Shown one piece after another: positions 18,404 through 28,980 of a stretch of DNA of 58,664 nt. The notes under the pieces are model-generated. The model was not told the DNA's origin and did no database searches. It saw only the letters and a program-made list of their open reading frames with translations. The position numbers and the translations under genes are program-made. The DNA lies in NCBI GenBank assembly GCA_030621515.1, contig JAUXHN010000002.1:1-58664 (forward strand). Direction: 5' to 3'. The stretch's first letter is position 1. Each line of letters begins with the position of its first letter. This DNA comes from Deltaproteobacteria bacterium. Its GTDB lineage: Bacteria; Myxococcota_A; Polyangia; JAAYKL01.

Positions 18404-19195
18404 TTGATGATCAACCACGAGGTGCGCGGAAACGGCCCGCCGTTGATTTTCCTGGCCGGGCTGGGATTGGACCTGACCGTCTGGAACCCGCTCGCAGCGC
18501 TCCTGAAGGACCGGTTCACATGCCTGTTGGTGGACAACCGGGGTTCCGGCAAGAGCGATGCCCCCACTGGCCCGTATACAATCGAGGAGATGGCCGCTGA
18601 CACAATCGGTCTGGCGAGATCCCTCCACGTGGATCGATTCGCGGTGGTGGGACATTCCATGGGCGGGCTGGTAGCGTTGCAACTGGCCGCAGACTTCCCC
18701 GAGGCCATAAGCGGGCTCCTCCTCCTGAGTACAGCGCGCGGCGGGCGGTCCGACGCCCTCGGATCCACTCCGGACGCGATCGCAGCTATGGGGCGTACGA
18801 GAGGCCCGGTTGAGGAAATCGTTCGCGAGACTCTCGCCGTATGCGTCAGTGAGGATTTCTACTCGAATCGCGCGGATGATTTCGAGACGCTTGTCGCGGA
18901 ACGGATCGAACGGCGGGCAACGGGCCGTGGAATAGCCGGCCAGCGTGCGGCATGCGGACGCTTCGACTTTGGCTCCAGGCTGAACGAGATCTCTTGTCCC
19001 TGCACCGTGGTCCACGGATCGGAAGATCGGGTCGCCTCTCCGGACAAGGGCGAGCAACTCGCCAGGGGGATCCGAGGAGCCCGCCTGGTTGTCCTTCCCG
19101 GGGTCGGACACATTCCCCAGTGGGAAGCCACTGAACGACTCGCGGAGATAATCGGAGATTTCCTGGCTACCCTGCCAGATCGACCAATACGCTGA
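18404..19195 (+). CDS. Alpha/beta-fold hydrolase
   Basis: LIFLAGLG oxyanion region, nucleophile elbow GHSMGG, and C-terminal GVGHIP. Confidence 0.8.
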   Translation: MMINHEVRGNGPPLIFLAGLGLDLTVWNPLAALLKDRFTCLLVDNRGSGKSDAPTGPYTIEEMAADTIGLARSLHVDRFAVVGHSMGGLVALQLAADFPEAISGLLLLSTARGGRSDALGSTPDAIAAMGRTRGPVEEIVRETLAVCVSEDFYSNRADDFETLVAERIERRATGRGIAGQRAACGRFDFGSRLNEISCPCTVVHGSEDRVASPDKGEQLARGIRGARLVVLPGVGHIPQWEATERLAEIIGDFLATLPDRPIR

Positions 19196-20168
19196 TGTTT
19201 CCGTCCAGAATCTCAATAACCTCGACCACGCCGCCGTAGTACACGGCCATGCCCGTATCGATGCGCCACGCCATATCGTCGCAGACGGCGTTGATATGAC
19301 CTTGAACCGTGTGACCGACGACCATGCGCACAACCCCCAATTGCTCGAGAACACTCGCAAGATCGTCGCATTGGTCTACTGTCGGAGGGATTTCGTCATC
19401 GCTGTAGGTGCGGTCCCAGTCCACCGAGAACACGTCCGGGCCCCCGCCGACCTGGTTGTAGTCCAGATCTCCTTCTCCCATCAGCCAGGCCCTGGTCATG
19501 GCGTTGATCTCATCGATTCCATAGTCGAGGTGCTTCTGGTGAATCCCGCCGTGAACGAAGACCGTATCCTGAACCAGGACAACCATGAGCCAGTCAGCAA
19601 TTATCTGAGCGTATGGACCTCCGGGCCAGAACGCGGCCGCGCGCAACTTGCAGTTCTCATCGGTGAACTCGTCGAACGCCGGGTTGCTGGTATCGAGGCC
19701 GGTAAGATCGGAGAACGCCGCGCACGCTCCCTCCTGCAAGTAGCGGTAATCCGCGTAGGCGGTCATGATCTCGTGATTTCCGTTCATGTTGATGATCAGC
19801 CCGCCCGCCGCCTCGGCCTCGGGTCTCAGGCTCTCGTAGAAATCGATGACTTCCCGCTCCTCAACGCCGCGGTCCAATATATCGCCTGTCTGAACCACGA
19901 TGGTGTCTCCACCTATCCAGTTGAGAGACTCGTCGATGACCCCACCTATCTGCAGGGCCTTCCGTGCCTGGGAAAGATCGGCGTGGTTGTCGCCGATTGC
20001 GATTATGCGCTTTGGAAACGTATTGTCCGTATTCGAATCAGTGTCCGAAGTCCCGCTGTCGGAGTCATCGCCAGCGCCCTTGCTAGCACATCCGCAGGTG
20101 CACAGCGCGGAAACCAGGATCAGTATTGAAAACACGTCGAACATTCTTTCAACGTTATGACCTACCAT
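19167..20168 (-). CDS. Secreted/lipoprotein metallophosphoesterase (calcineurin-like PPP family)
   Basis: Lipobox region LCTCGCAS, a short DSDSGTSDTDSNTDN tract (20025-20069), and PPP motifs GDNHAD, GDILDRG, GNHE, HGG. Confidence 0.8.
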   Translation of the reverse strand: MVGHNVERMFDVFSILILVSALCTCGCASKGAGDDSDSGTSDTDSNTDNTFPKRIIAIGDNHADLSQARKALQIGGVIDESLNWIGGDTIVVQTGDILDRGVEEREVIDFYESLRPEAEAAGGLIINMNGNHEIMTAYADYRYLQEGACAAFSDLTGLDTSNPAFDEFTDENCKLRAAAFWPGGPYAQIIADWLMVVLVQDTVFVHGGIHQKHLDYGIDEINAMTRAWLMGEGDLDYNQVGGGPDVFSVDWDRTYSDDEIPPTVDQCDDLASVLEQLGVVRMVVGHTVQGHINAVCDDMAWRIDTGMAVYYGGVVEVIEILDGNISVLVDLAG

Positions 20169-20220
20169 TCCCCCATTTTCCCTTCATTTTCGGTTACAAT
20201 CTTCACTTAATGTCAAATAT

Positions 20221-21246
20221 TCATGGTGCGCAGGGGGTGGGACCTATGGCGATATCATCGATGTTCCAGCTCGAAGCGTCGTAGTTGCCGCTGCTGGCGA
20301 TGTCGTAACACCAACGAATCTGAGTAGACGCACTGATGTGAGTCGTGATGTCGTATTCAAAATAGGTCCACGCGAAATCCGTCGTACACGGGGAAGACCC
20401 GGTGGCAAAGATGTTTGTCCAGGAGGCACCGTCATACACGTCTATAGTGTTGTGCATGAAGGGATCGTAGTCGGAATTGAGCCATCTCCAGTAGGAAAGC
20501 CACAACGACGTCAGACTTGAAGTGTCGATTACGGGGCTCGTGATGCAGTAGAAGGAATGCAATGTGGTTCCGGTGCATCCGCCGATTACCACTCCCGCAA
20601 TACCGTTATCGGTACTGGGATCCGTGTGATCGGTGCCGGGATCCTGGGCCATGCCGCCGCTTGTGGAGCATACACTGGCCACGGCGGGGCCGATCTCCCA
20701 CTGTGTTCCCAGTGTCCAGCCGGCGGTGTTGTCGGCGAAATCTTCGAAGAACAGAGTGTCATCCCCGTCCAGATCGATGCAATCCCCGGACGTACATACT
20801 TCGTCTGCAGTACACGAGTTGCCGTCGTCGCATGGATCTCCTTCATACGCCGCCTGGGGCTCGCAGTCCCCACTCGTCGGGTTACAGGTTCCCAGATTGC
20901 ACTGATCGTCCAGTGCCGTGCAATCCATGACCGTGCCGCCCGAGCATTCCCCCTCCTCACATGTCTTGTCCGTGGCGCAGAGATCGCCGTCATCGCAGGG
21001 TTCATCCTCGGCTATGGGATAGCAGCCGTCGCAACAATCGGTCACGTCGGTGCATGTGCAATCCGAATCGGAATCAGTGTCGGTGTCGGTGTCTGAATCG
21101 GTGTCGGTGTCCGTGTCAGAATCCGTATCCGTATCCGCATCGGAATCCGAGCTCGTCGATAAGCCCGTTGTCGTTGAAGCGCAGCCACCAACCACGCTTT
21201 GAAAGAGCAACCATGTGATCGCCACAAGTGCCGTTCTTTTTGTCAT
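20221..21246 (-). CDS. Lipoprotein with a poly(Asp-Thr/Ser) linker, Cys-rich repeats and a C-terminal jelly-roll-like domain
   Basis: Lipobox VVGGC and a D-T/S tract. The repeated C-x-D-G-x-x-C / CxxxxGxC pattern resembles myxobacterial-type Cys-rich repeats. Confidence 0.65.
   Translation of the reverse strand: MTKRTALVAITWLLFQSVVGGCASTTTGLSTSSDSDADTDTDSDTDTDTDSDTDTDTDSDSDCTCTDVTDCCDGCYPIAEDEPCDDGDLCATDKTCEEGECSGGTVMDCTALDDQCNLGTCNPTSGDCEPQAAYEGDPCDDGNSCTADEVCTSGDCIDLDGDDTLFFEDFADNTAGWTLGTQWEIGPAVASVCSTSGGMAQDPGTDHTDPSTDNGIAGVVIGGCTGTTLHSFYCITSPVIDTSSLTSLWLSYWRWLNSDYDPFMHNTIDVYDGASWTNIFATGSSPCTTDFAWTYFEYDITTHISASTQIRWCYDIASSGNYDASSWNIDDIAIGPTPCAP
21061..21147 (-). repeat. Hexanucleotide microsatellite encoding (D-T/S)n
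   Basis: aa 34-62 of the 20221..21246 gene. Confidence 0.95.
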
Positions 21247-21329
21247 ATTGAATCAATTTTACCATTGGCCCTGGAAAAGTGGCAACTGTTCATAAACAAG
21301 TCGAGGCCAGGCGTCCGATCGTGAACTTG

Positions 21330-21349
21330 GAGCCTATCCCGGTAGGCTC
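21330..21349 (-). terminator. Hairpin immediately after the dnaK stop codon (7-bp stem GAGCCTA/TAGGCTC, 6-nt loop); no U tract
   Basis: A perfect inverted repeat directly abuts the TAA at 21350-21352. The missing T-run makes intrinsic termination uncertain. Confidence 0.3.
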
Positions 21350-23272
21350 TTATTGCTTGTTCTCCTCGAACTCGGCGTCGATGACGTCGCTGTCACCCTC
21401 TTCTTCAGCCTGACCGGACGCTCCCGGATCCGGGGCGCCGTCCGTGGGATCCGCTCCGGGGCTGACGCTCGCTCCGGCCGCCTGATACATCAACTCCGCG
21501 AGCTTGTGGGACGCCTTGGTGAGGTTCTCCATCTCCGAACTTATCCGCGACGCGTCGTTGGAATCGATGACCCCCCGCAGGGATTTGATGGCCTCCTCGA
21601 CCTTCGCCACCTCCTCTTGCGGGAGCTTGTCCTTGTGCTCCTCCAGGGTCTTCTCGGTGGCGTAGGCCAGCTGCTCGGCCTTGTTCCGGGTCTCGATGTC
21701 CTTTTTTCGCTGCTCGTCCTCCACCTTGTATTTCTCGGCGTCCTGGACCATGTTGTCGATCTCCCCGTCTTTCAGACCCGAGGAGGCGGTGATTGTGATT
21801 TTCTGCTCCTTGCCCGTTGCCATGTCCTTGGCCGAGACGTTGACAATCCCATTGGCGTCGATATCGAAGGTGACCTCGATCTTGGGGACTCCCCGCGGCG
21901 CCGGCATGATTCCCTCCAGGTGAAAGCGCCCGAGGGTCCTGTTGTCCTTGGCCATGCTCCGCTCCCCCTGGAGAACGTGAATCTCCACGGAGGTCTGGCT
22001 GTCCGCTGCGGTAGAGTAAACCTCCGACTTCTTTGCGGGGATGGTGGTGTTGCGTGTGATCATTGTTGTCATTACCCCGCCGAGGGTCTCCACGCCGAGG
22101 GAGAGTGGCGTCACATCCAGCAAGAGGAGGTCCTTGACGTCTCCTGAGAGTACGCCGGCCTGGATTGCCGCACCCAGAGCGACCACTTCGTCCGGGTTGA
22201 CACCCTTGTGGGGCTCCTTGCCGAAGAACTTGGCCACCGCCTGCTGCACCATCGGGATGCGCGTGGAACCGCCTACGAGCACTACCTGATCTATGTCTCC
22301 GGGCCGCTTGTTGCCGTCATCGAGGGCCTTGCGGCACGGCGTGAGGGTTCGTTCCACAATGTCGTCGATCATCGACTCGAACTTGGCCCTGGAAAGACGC
22401 AGGTTGAGGTGTTTCGGCCCTGCGGCGTCAGCGGTGAGGAAGGGGAGGTTGATCTGCGTCTCCATCAGGGAACTCAGGTCGATCTTTGCCTTCTCCGCAG
22501 CTTCCTTGAGCCGTTGCAGGACCATCTTGTCCCCGGACACATCGATACCCTGATCCTTCTTGAACTCCGCCACCAGGTACTCGATGATTATCTGATCGAT
22601 GTTGTCGCCGCCCAGGTGGGTATCTCCGTTGGTAGAGATGACCTGAACCACGTTGTCCCCGACTTCCAGGACGGAAACATCGAAGGTACCGCCGCCGAAA
22701 TCGTACACGACGATGATCTCGTCGGCCTTCTTGTCGAGGCCGTAGGCGAGCGCCGCTGCGGTGGGCTCGTTCACGATGCGCTTGATCTCAAGACCGGCGA
22801 TCTTGCCCGCGTCCTTGGTGGCCTGGCGCTGGGAGTCGTTGAAGTAGGCCGGTACGGTGAGCACCGCATCGGTCACGGTCTCGCCCAGATATTCCTCCGC
22901 CGCTTTCTTGAGCTTCATGAGAATGCGGGCGGCGATCTCGGGCGGGGCGTAGTCGCGACCCTTGACTTTCACGTGGGCGTCCCCGTTGGACGTCTTGGTC
23001 ACGTTGTATGGGACCATCGACATCTCCTCGCCGACCTCCGCTTGCTTGCGGCCCATGAAACGCTTGATGGAATAGACCGTGTTTTCGGGGTTGGTGATCG
23101 CCTGTCGCTTGGCGATCTGACCGACGAGGATCTCGCCCTGGTCATCCCAGGCCACAACCGACGGTGTGGTGCGCCCGCCCTCTTCATTGGAGATGATCAC
23201 CGGATCCTTGCCCTCGATAACCGCCACAACGCTGTTCGTCGTTCCAAGATCGATTCCGATTGTCTTGCCCAT
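21350..23272 (-). CDS. dnaK: Molecular chaperone DnaK (Hsp70)
   Basis: [32 protein letters not shown], 640 aa. Confidence 0.98.
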   Translation of the reverse strand: MGKTIGIDLGTTNSVVAVIEGKDPVIISNEEGGRTTPSVVAWDDQGEILVGQIAKRQAITNPENTVYSIKRFMGRKQAEVGEEMSMVPYNVTKTSNGDAHVKVKGRDYAPPEIAARILMKLKKAAEEYLGETVTDAVLTVPAYFNDSQRQATKDAGKIAGLEIKRIVNEPTAAALAYGLDKKADEIIVVYDFGGGTFDVSVLEVGDNVVQVISTNGDTHLGGDNIDQIIIEYLVAEFKKDQGIDVSGDKMVLQRLKEAAEKAKIDLSSLMETQINLPFLTADAAGPKHLNLRLSRAKFESMIDDIVERTLTPCRKALDDGNKRPGDIDQVVLVGGSTRIPMVQQAVAKFFGKEPHKGVNPDEVVALGAAIQAGVLSGDVKDLLLLDVTPLSLGVETLGGVMTTMITRNTTIPAKKSEVYSTAADSQTSVEIHVLQGERSMAKDNRTLGRFHLEGIMPAPRGVPKIEVTFDIDANGIVNVSAKDMATGKEQKITITASSGLKDGEIDNMVQDAEKYKVEDEQRKKDIETRNKAEQLAYATEKTLEEHKDKLPQEEVAKVEEAIKSLRGVIDSNDASRISSEMENLTKASHKLAELMYQAAGASVSPGADPTDGAPDPGASGQAEEEGDSDVIDAEFEENKQ

Positions 23273-23326
23273 TTTGCTCCTCCTGAAAACCCCGAAGAGG
23301 CCTTTCGCCCCTCCTGAAGTGGCCTC

Positions 23327-23354
23327 AATGTATCCACGGCTGAATGCAAGTCAA
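23327..23354 (-). promoter_or_regulatory. Candidate sigma-70-type promoter for dnaK (TTGACT-N16-TACATT), with a tandem CTTGACTTGACTTG
   Basis: Read on the minus strand about 60-80 nt upstream of the dnaK ATG. Neither CIRCE nor a clear sigma-32 consensus is visible. Confidence 0.3.
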
Positions 23355-23459
23355 GTCAAGCTATCCTCCAATGAAAAAATAGGTCGGGTTGTGGCCTATC
23401 GATCCGGCTGGTATACAGGAGAAAGTCATCCATTTTTTATTTCTTCAGGAGAGTGCAAA

Positions 23460-24806
23460 GTGGCGCACATTCTCATTGTCGACGATCAAAAAAACATGCG
23501 CACCACGCTGTCCATCATGCTGCGCAGCTCGGGACACGACGTGGCAGAAGCCAAGGACGGCTCCGAAGCCTGTGAAGCCATCGACGACGAAGCCTACGAT
23601 CTGATCATCACCGATCTTCGGATGGGAAAGCTGGACGGAATAGCTGTGCTCAGACACATCCGCGAGGTTTCACCCCTCACCGAGGCAATTGTGATGACCG
23701 CGTATGGAACCATCGAGACCGCGGTGGAGGCCATGAGGCTCGGCGCGTGGGACTACATTCAAAAGCCGTTCTCCGAAGACGAACTCACCATCAAGGTCGG
23801 CAAGGCACTCGAGCGACGATGGCTCTCCGGAGAGGTTTCCTTGCTCACTCAGGAGTTCAAGGAGCGCTACAAGTTCGAGAATATTATCGGACGATCCCGG
23901 TCCATGCGGGAGATACTCACCCGCATCATCAAGATCGCGCCCACTGATACCACCGTGCTCATCACCGGTGAGAGCGGTACCGGCAAGGAGCTCATCGCCA
24001 AGGCCATTCACGCCAATTCCTCGCGATCGAACCGGCCCTTCGTCCCGGTCAACTGTGCTGCCATAAGCGAGACGCTCCTCGAGAGCGAGCTCTTCGGCCA
24101 CACGCGAGGCGCGTTCACCGGAGCTATAAGCACTCGCAAGGGCCTGTTCGAGGAGGCCGAGGGCGGCACGTTTTTCTTCGACGAGATCAGCGAGACCTCG
24201 CCGGCCCTTCAGGCCAAACTCCTGAGAGCCATCCAGGAAAAGGAGATCCGCCGGGTGGGCGACAACAAGTCCATCTCAGTGGATGTCCGCCTCATAGCCG
24301 CCACCAACCAGGATCTGCAAACGGCCATCAACGAAAAGCGTTTTCGCCAGGATCTGTACTACCGCCTCGCCGTGGCGCGATTCCGGATCCCGCCATTGAG
24401 GGAGCGCCCCGAGGATATTCCGCTGCTGGTAGAGCACTTTATCAACAAGTACTCAAAAAAAATGGATCGCCCCGTACGGCTCGGCAAGGGAGCGCTGGAG
24501 CGATTGACCGCCTACAACTTCCCGGGAAACGTGCGGGAGCTCGAGAACCTAATGGAACAGGGCGTCGCTCTCACGGTGGGCGGGGAAATGCAAATAGTGG
24601 ATCTGCTCGAGCCCGGTGACGGTGGAATACCCGACAACCAGACCCTTGAGGATATTGTCTGCGCGGCGGAACGCCAGGCCATCCGGGCGGCCCTGGTTCA
24701 CAAGGACACCACCGATCAGGCTGCCGAGACGCTTGGCCTCTCGCCGACGACCCTCTGGCGAAAAATGAAGAAGCTCAATATCGACAACCCTCACCGTCGC
24801 CGCTAA
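23460..24806 (+). CDS. Sigma-54-dependent response regulator (NtrC family enhancer-binding protein)
   Basis: GTG at 23460 with an AGGAGA RBS 7 nt upstream. It has a receiver (HILIVDD), an AAA+ module with GESGTGKE and the GAFTGA loop, and a C-terminal Fis-type HTH. The longer track ORF would run across the dnaK promoter. Confidence 0.9.
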   Translation: MAHILIVDDQKNMRTTLSIMLRSSGHDVAEAKDGSEACEAIDDEAYDLIITDLRMGKLDGIAVLRHIREVSPLTEAIVMTAYGTIETAVEAMRLGAWDYIQKPFSEDELTIKVGKALERRWLSGEVSLLTQEFKERYKFENIIGRSRSMREILTRIIKIAPTDTTVLITGESGTGKELIAKAIHANSSRSNRPFVPVNCAAISETLLESELFGHTRGAFTGAISTRKGLFEEAEGGTFFFDEISETSPALQAKLLRAIQEKEIRRVGDNKSISVDVRLIAATNQDLQTAINEKRFRQDLYYRLAVARFRIPPLRERPEDIPLLVEHFINKYSKKMDRPVRLGKGALERLTAYNFPGNVRELENLMEQGVALTVGGEMQIVDLLEPGDGGIPDNQTLEDIVCAAERQAIRAALVHKDTTDQAAETLGLSPTTLWRKMKKLNIDNPHRRR

Positions 24807-24872
24807 GCTCTCTCACAGATAACGATTGCGGAGGACCCGGGAGTTTCAACCAGGGTCGCAAATGGGAGTGCC

Positions 24873-26375
24873 ATGGATATTCTCGACGACAGGCGCCTGC
24901 GCTACTTGAGGGAAAACCTGATGGGCCGCGACACGACCATCACAACGCCCTTCGGTACAAAGCGGCGGGTATACTTCGACTACATCGCCGCCGGTCTGCC
25001 TTTCGCGCCCATCGAGGACCTGCTCACCAATAAGGTGTTGCCCCACATGGCGAACACCCACGCGGAGAGCAACTTCTCCGGGCGGCAGATGACTTACTTC
25101 GTGAATCGCGCCTATCAGAGAGTGTCCGATTCCATCGGCGCAACCGACGACGACGTCATCATTTTCACTGGCGCGGGCTCCACCTCCGCGATCAACAAGC
25201 TGATCCTGGCGATGGGTTTACGAATCCCCGAGCAGATATCCGTCGCCTGCGGCTGCGGCGAAAAACTGCCGCAGGAGTGTCGGCCGATCATCTTTCGGTC
25301 CATGATGGAGCACCACTCCAACGATATCGCCTGGCGGGAAACCGTGGGCCACACCATGTTCGTGGGCTTCGACAAGGCCGGTCGTATCGACTGGCGAGAT
25401 CTGGAGCGCCGGCTCAAGCTGCCCGAGGTGCGGGATCGCGTTCAGAAGATCGGCACTTTTTCCGCCGCCTCCAATGTTACCGGCATCCTCAACGATGTGG
25501 ACGCCCTTTGCGAGGTCATGCACGAGCACGGCGGCGTCGCGTTCTTCGACTATGCGGCGGCGGCGCCGTATGTACCCATCGACATGCACCCGGACGAAGG
25601 AGAAGGGAAGAGAAGGGACGCGCTGTTCATCTCCACTCACAAGTTCGCCGGCGGACCCCAGACCCCCGGGATCCTGGCGGCCTCCAAGAAACTGTTTACC
25701 AGCAGTGTTCCGGTGGAACCCGGCGGCGGCACCGTCCTGTACACGTCCCCGTGGGATCATCAGTACCTCGGGGATCTCCGGTCGCGGGAGACGGGGGGCA
25801 CACCGCCCATCGTACAGATAATCCGCGCGGGGCTGGTCTTCGAACTAAAGAACTATCTGGGAGAAGAACTCCTCGACAGGGCCGAGCACGAACTCGTCAA
25901 TTACGCGACAAAACGCCTTTTGGCCAACAAGGCCATCACTCTTCTGGGGAACCCGGAAGTAGATAGACTGGGGGTGTTCTCCATAATCTTCCACGACGGC
26001 GAGCTGCACCACAACCTGGCTGTTCGCCTCCTCAACGATCGATTCGGCATCCAGGTGCGCGCCGGGTGCATGTGCGCGGGAACATACGGCCACAACCTGC
26101 TGGGGATAGAGCAGGATGACTCCGAGGAGATCCTCCGGGCCCTCGACGACGGCGATCTGTGGTCCAAGCCCGGATGGGTGAGGATCTCCCTGTCTCCCGC
26201 CACCAGCGCGGAGGATCTGGACTTCCTGCTGGACGCTCTGGAAACCATCGGAAGGGACTGGAAGGACTACGCGGACAGGTACAAGCAGGATCAGGCGGGT
26301 GAGTTCCTGTGGGCGGGCGACGATTTCAAAGAGCAATTTACCCCCCTGAACATGCCCTTTCCCGAAAATGATTAG
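24873..26375 (+). CDS. Class-V aminotransferase-fold PLP enzyme (cysteine desulfurase/selenocysteine lyase-like)
   Basis: FTGAGSTSAIN and the PLP-lysine context ISTHKFAGGP; 500 aa. Confidence 0.75.
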   Translation: MDILDDRRLRYLRENLMGRDTTITTPFGTKRRVYFDYIAAGLPFAPIEDLLTNKVLPHMANTHAESNFSGRQMTYFVNRAYQRVSDSIGATDDDVIIFTGAGSTSAINKLILAMGLRIPEQISVACGCGEKLPQECRPIIFRSMMEHHSNDIAWRETVGHTMFVGFDKAGRIDWRDLERRLKLPEVRDRVQKIGTFSAASNVTGILNDVDALCEVMHEHGGVAFFDYAAAAPYVPIDMHPDEGEGKRRDALFISTHKFAGGPQTPGILAASKKLFTSSVPVEPGGGTVLYTSPWDHQYLGDLRSRETGGTPPIVQIIRAGLVFELKNYLGEELLDRAEHELVNYATKRLLANKAITLLGNPEVDRLGVFSIIFHDGELHHNLAVRLLNDRFGIQVRAGCMCAGTYGHNLLGIEQDDSEEILRALDDGDLWSKPGWVRISLSPATSAEDLDFLLDALETIGRDWKDYADRYKQDQAGEFLWAGDDFKEQFTPLNMPFPEND

Positions 26376-26381
26376 TCACCC

Positions 26382-27359
26382 GTGAAACTGGGTCCGTACG
26401 AGATCGGCCGCGGAGCCGCACTTGCGCCCATGGCGGGGGTCACCAATCCACCCTTTCGGCAACTGTGTCGCGAGCTGGGCGCGATCTTCGCGGTCACGGA
26501 GCTCGTCTCCTGTCACGCTGTGGTATATCTGGACAAGAAGTCCGGGAATCGAAAGCGCAAGCACGGTTCGAAGACCCTCGCGCTTATGGACAAGTTCCCC
26601 TTCGAGTCGCCATTCATCGTGCAGCTCTACGGCCGGGAGCCGGAGGTTATGGCGCAGGCGGCCGTCATCGTCGAGGCGCAAGGGGCGGACATCATCGATC
26701 TCAATTTCGGTTGCCCCGCGCGCAAAGTTGTCAAGAACGGCCTGGGATGCGGGGCGGCGCTCATGCGAGATCCGCAGACCCTCGGAGAGATCGCCGCGCA
26801 GGTTGTGGGCGCCGTGAATGTTCCGGTGACCGCCAAGACACGGCTGGGTTATTCGGCCGATGACCGCAACGGCGTGCAGATCGCAAAGATCCTGGAGGAT
26901 AGCGGCGTATCGCTTGTCACCATCCACGCCCGCACGAAAGATCAGGGGCACAGCGGTCCCGTGGATCTCTCGTTGCTTCGCGAGATAGTGGACGCGGTGA
27001 ACATCCCGGTTGTCGGAAACGGCGGAATCGCAGGACCGGCTGACGCAAATGAAATGATCGCGAAATCCGGATGCGCACGCGTGGCAGTCGGTCAGGGCGC
27101 AAAGGGCAACCCGTGGATCTTCAGAGAGCTTGCCGGCGGCGAGGGCGCTCCCGGTCTTGCTGACAGGGTGGAGATATGCCGCAGGCATCTCGATCTTTAC
27201 ATCAAGTGGTCCGGCGAACAGCGCGCCGTGCTGGAGATGCGAAAGCACGCCTGCTGGTATCTCAGGGGCTTCGACGGAGCCGCCGCGTTCAGGAAACGAC
27301 TCGGAGAAGCAGTCGACGCCGAAGCATTCTCCAACCTCCTCGACCAGCTTCCGGTATGA
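26382..27359 (+). CDS. dus: tRNA-dihydrouridine synthase
   Basis: LAPMAGVTNPPFR and DLNFGCPARKV (catalytic Cys); TIM-barrel length. Confidence 0.9.
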   Translation: MKLGPYEIGRGAALAPMAGVTNPPFRQLCRELGAIFAVTELVSCHAVVYLDKKSGNRKRKHGSKTLALMDKFPFESPFIVQLYGREPEVMAQAAVIVEAQGADIIDLNFGCPARKVVKNGLGCGAALMRDPQTLGEIAAQVVGAVNVPVTAKTRLGYSADDRNGVQIAKILEDSGVSLVTIHARTKDQGHSGPVDLSLLREIVDAVNIPVVGNGGIAGPADANEMIAKSGCARVAVGQGAKGNPWIFRELAGGEGAPGLADRVEICRRHLDLYIKWSGEQRAVLEMRKHACWYLRGFDGAAAFRKRLGEAVDAEAFSNLLDQLPV

Positions 27360-27399
27360 AATTTGGGGTCAATTGGTTAATCGCGGAACGGGACAGGGG

Positions 27400-28980
27400 T
27401 CAGAACGTCCATCCCAGAGACAATGTCATGCTGTCGCTGTTTTTGGACAATGAAACCATTGGGATCTTTTTTATTTCTCGTAAGATTTTATCCTTCTTAT
27501 ATAAATATATCACCCCCAAGATGATACCCAGAACAGTTGAAGCACTGCCGCCGATAAATACCCCGCGTCCTTCTGGTAAATTCCTTGCCAGCATAAATCC
27601 TCCTAAAACTGTCGTCACCGCCCCTCCCCAGAAGAAAAGATGCCCAAGGGCCCTATATGCCTGGAATGATTGGAGTTGTGACAACTTTTCCATTTCCAAC
27701 AAATGCATGGCTCGTATCGGGTTTACTTTTTTTGGATCCGGCTTGTCGACAATCGGATAATCGTCGTTTTCCTGTTGCGCCCAGACGGTGTCTTTTACAG
27801 TTGTCTCATCCCCAACGATCAATCCCATTTCCTCCAACCCGGCGCTCGCCGGGACGGCGAACCCGATCCCCTCAAACTCTTTTTTGGTCAACCCTCCCGT
27901 CACCACGCCGACGGCCTCGCCGTCTTCATTGACCAGTGGGCCTCCACTGCTACCCGGATTCAGCGCCGCGTCTGTCTGAAGCAATTGTCGCCCGTCGATT
28001 TCGCGGATCCCGCTGAGTATTCCCCTGGTCACGGAAAAAGCCAGTTTTTCTCCGGCGGGCGCGCCGAACGCAAATAATTCGGCTCCGATTGGGGGAAGTT
28101 GCGTAACGAGAGGAAGGCAGTAGGACGCCCGGGCCGAAACCTTCAGCACGGCAAGATCCGCATCTCTATCCCTGCGAATTACTGTCGCCTCCAGCTCCGT
28201 GCCGTCTATGGTTTTCACCGTAACTGTCTTCGATGAACGAACGACGTGATCTGCGGTGAGTATCAGCCCGTCATTTGAAAAGAAGAAACCGCTTCCCAGC
28301 GCATTGCCGACTTTTACCAGAACGGTCGCCTTTGCAACTTCGGATGCCTCGGCCGGCAGTTCTCTTTGGTCGTTATCACACTCCCTGACATGCTCGGTTG
28401 AATGTGCGCTTTTTGGCTTGAATGAGCCGTCTTTCTTCTTCACCATGCTGACAAAACGTTCTCTCGAAAGAAGCGATTTCAACGCACCCATCGTCAGTTT
28501 GTAAATACCCTTGCTGGAGATCTGCTGTTTTTTGACGGTGCGTATTCGGCATCTCGTGAGGACTTTGTAAACAACGGTATTCAAACCCTTGTCGTATAGC
28601 TCCCAGTCAATTCCAATATCGCAACTCATGGCCGTTTTTTCATGATGACGGTAGCACTTGAAGGACTTTATCGTGCCGCCGAGGACCAGCTGGGCCTCTA
28701 CGGATTCATCTATGCCAAATACGAGATTCTCCGCGCCGACAGCGTTGTGTCCGTGTTTTCTCAGCTCTTCGATGATGTTGATCGTTACTTCGTCGGGAGC
28801 GATGCCTATCTCGAGACCCATATCGGGACGAACAATCAGCCTGGAGAAAGTAATAGCCTCCATCTCTTCCGGATTGACCTTGATTGGCTTTTTCCTTGAG
28901 ACTTTTGCCATCGCGGACAATGACCAGATAGAAACCAGAAACACGATCGCGAGAAATCGGAGAACACGCATCGATATCAT
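27400..28980 (-). CDS. Trypsin-like (S1C/DegP-type) serine protease with an N-terminal unknown domain and a C-terminal two-helix membrane anchor; no PDZ recognised
   Basis: Signal peptide; catalytic triad contexts TADHVV, DLAVLKV, NPGSSGGPLV; two hydrophobic helices near the C-terminus; the protein ends ...LSLGWTF. Confidence 0.8.
   Translation of the reverse strand: MISMRVLRFLAIVFLVSIWSLSAMAKVSRKKPIKVNPEEMEAITFSRLIVRPDMGLEIGIAPDEVTINIIEELRKHGHNAVGAENLVFGIDESVEAQLVLGGTIKSFKCYRHHEKTAMSCDIGIDWELYDKGLNTVVYKVLTRCRIRTVKKQQISSKGIYKLTMGALKSLLSRERFVSMVKKKDGSFKPKSAHSTEHVRECDNDQRELPAEASEVAKATVLVKVGNALGSGFFFSNDGLILTADHVVRSSKTVTVKTIDGTELEATVIRRDRDADLAVLKVSARASYCLPLVTQLPPIGAELFAFGAPAGEKLAFSVTRGILSGIREIDGRQLLQTDAALNPGSSGGPLVNEDGEAVGVVTGGLTKKEFEGIGFAVPASAGLEEMGLIVGDETTVKDTVWAQQENDDYPIVDKPDPKKVNPIRAMHLLEMEKLSQLQSFQAYRALGHLFFWGGAVTTVLGGFMLARNLPEGRGVFIGGSASTVLGIILGVIYLYKKDKILREIKKIPMVSLSKNSDSMTLSLGWTF

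Noticed and set aside
21353-23317. Long ORFs (264 and 369 aa) on the plus strand opposite dnaK
   Set aside because: They are antisense shadows of a highly conserved gene in GC-rich DNA. Their composition is Arg/Gly/Leu/Val-rich with no motifs, and no RBS is present.
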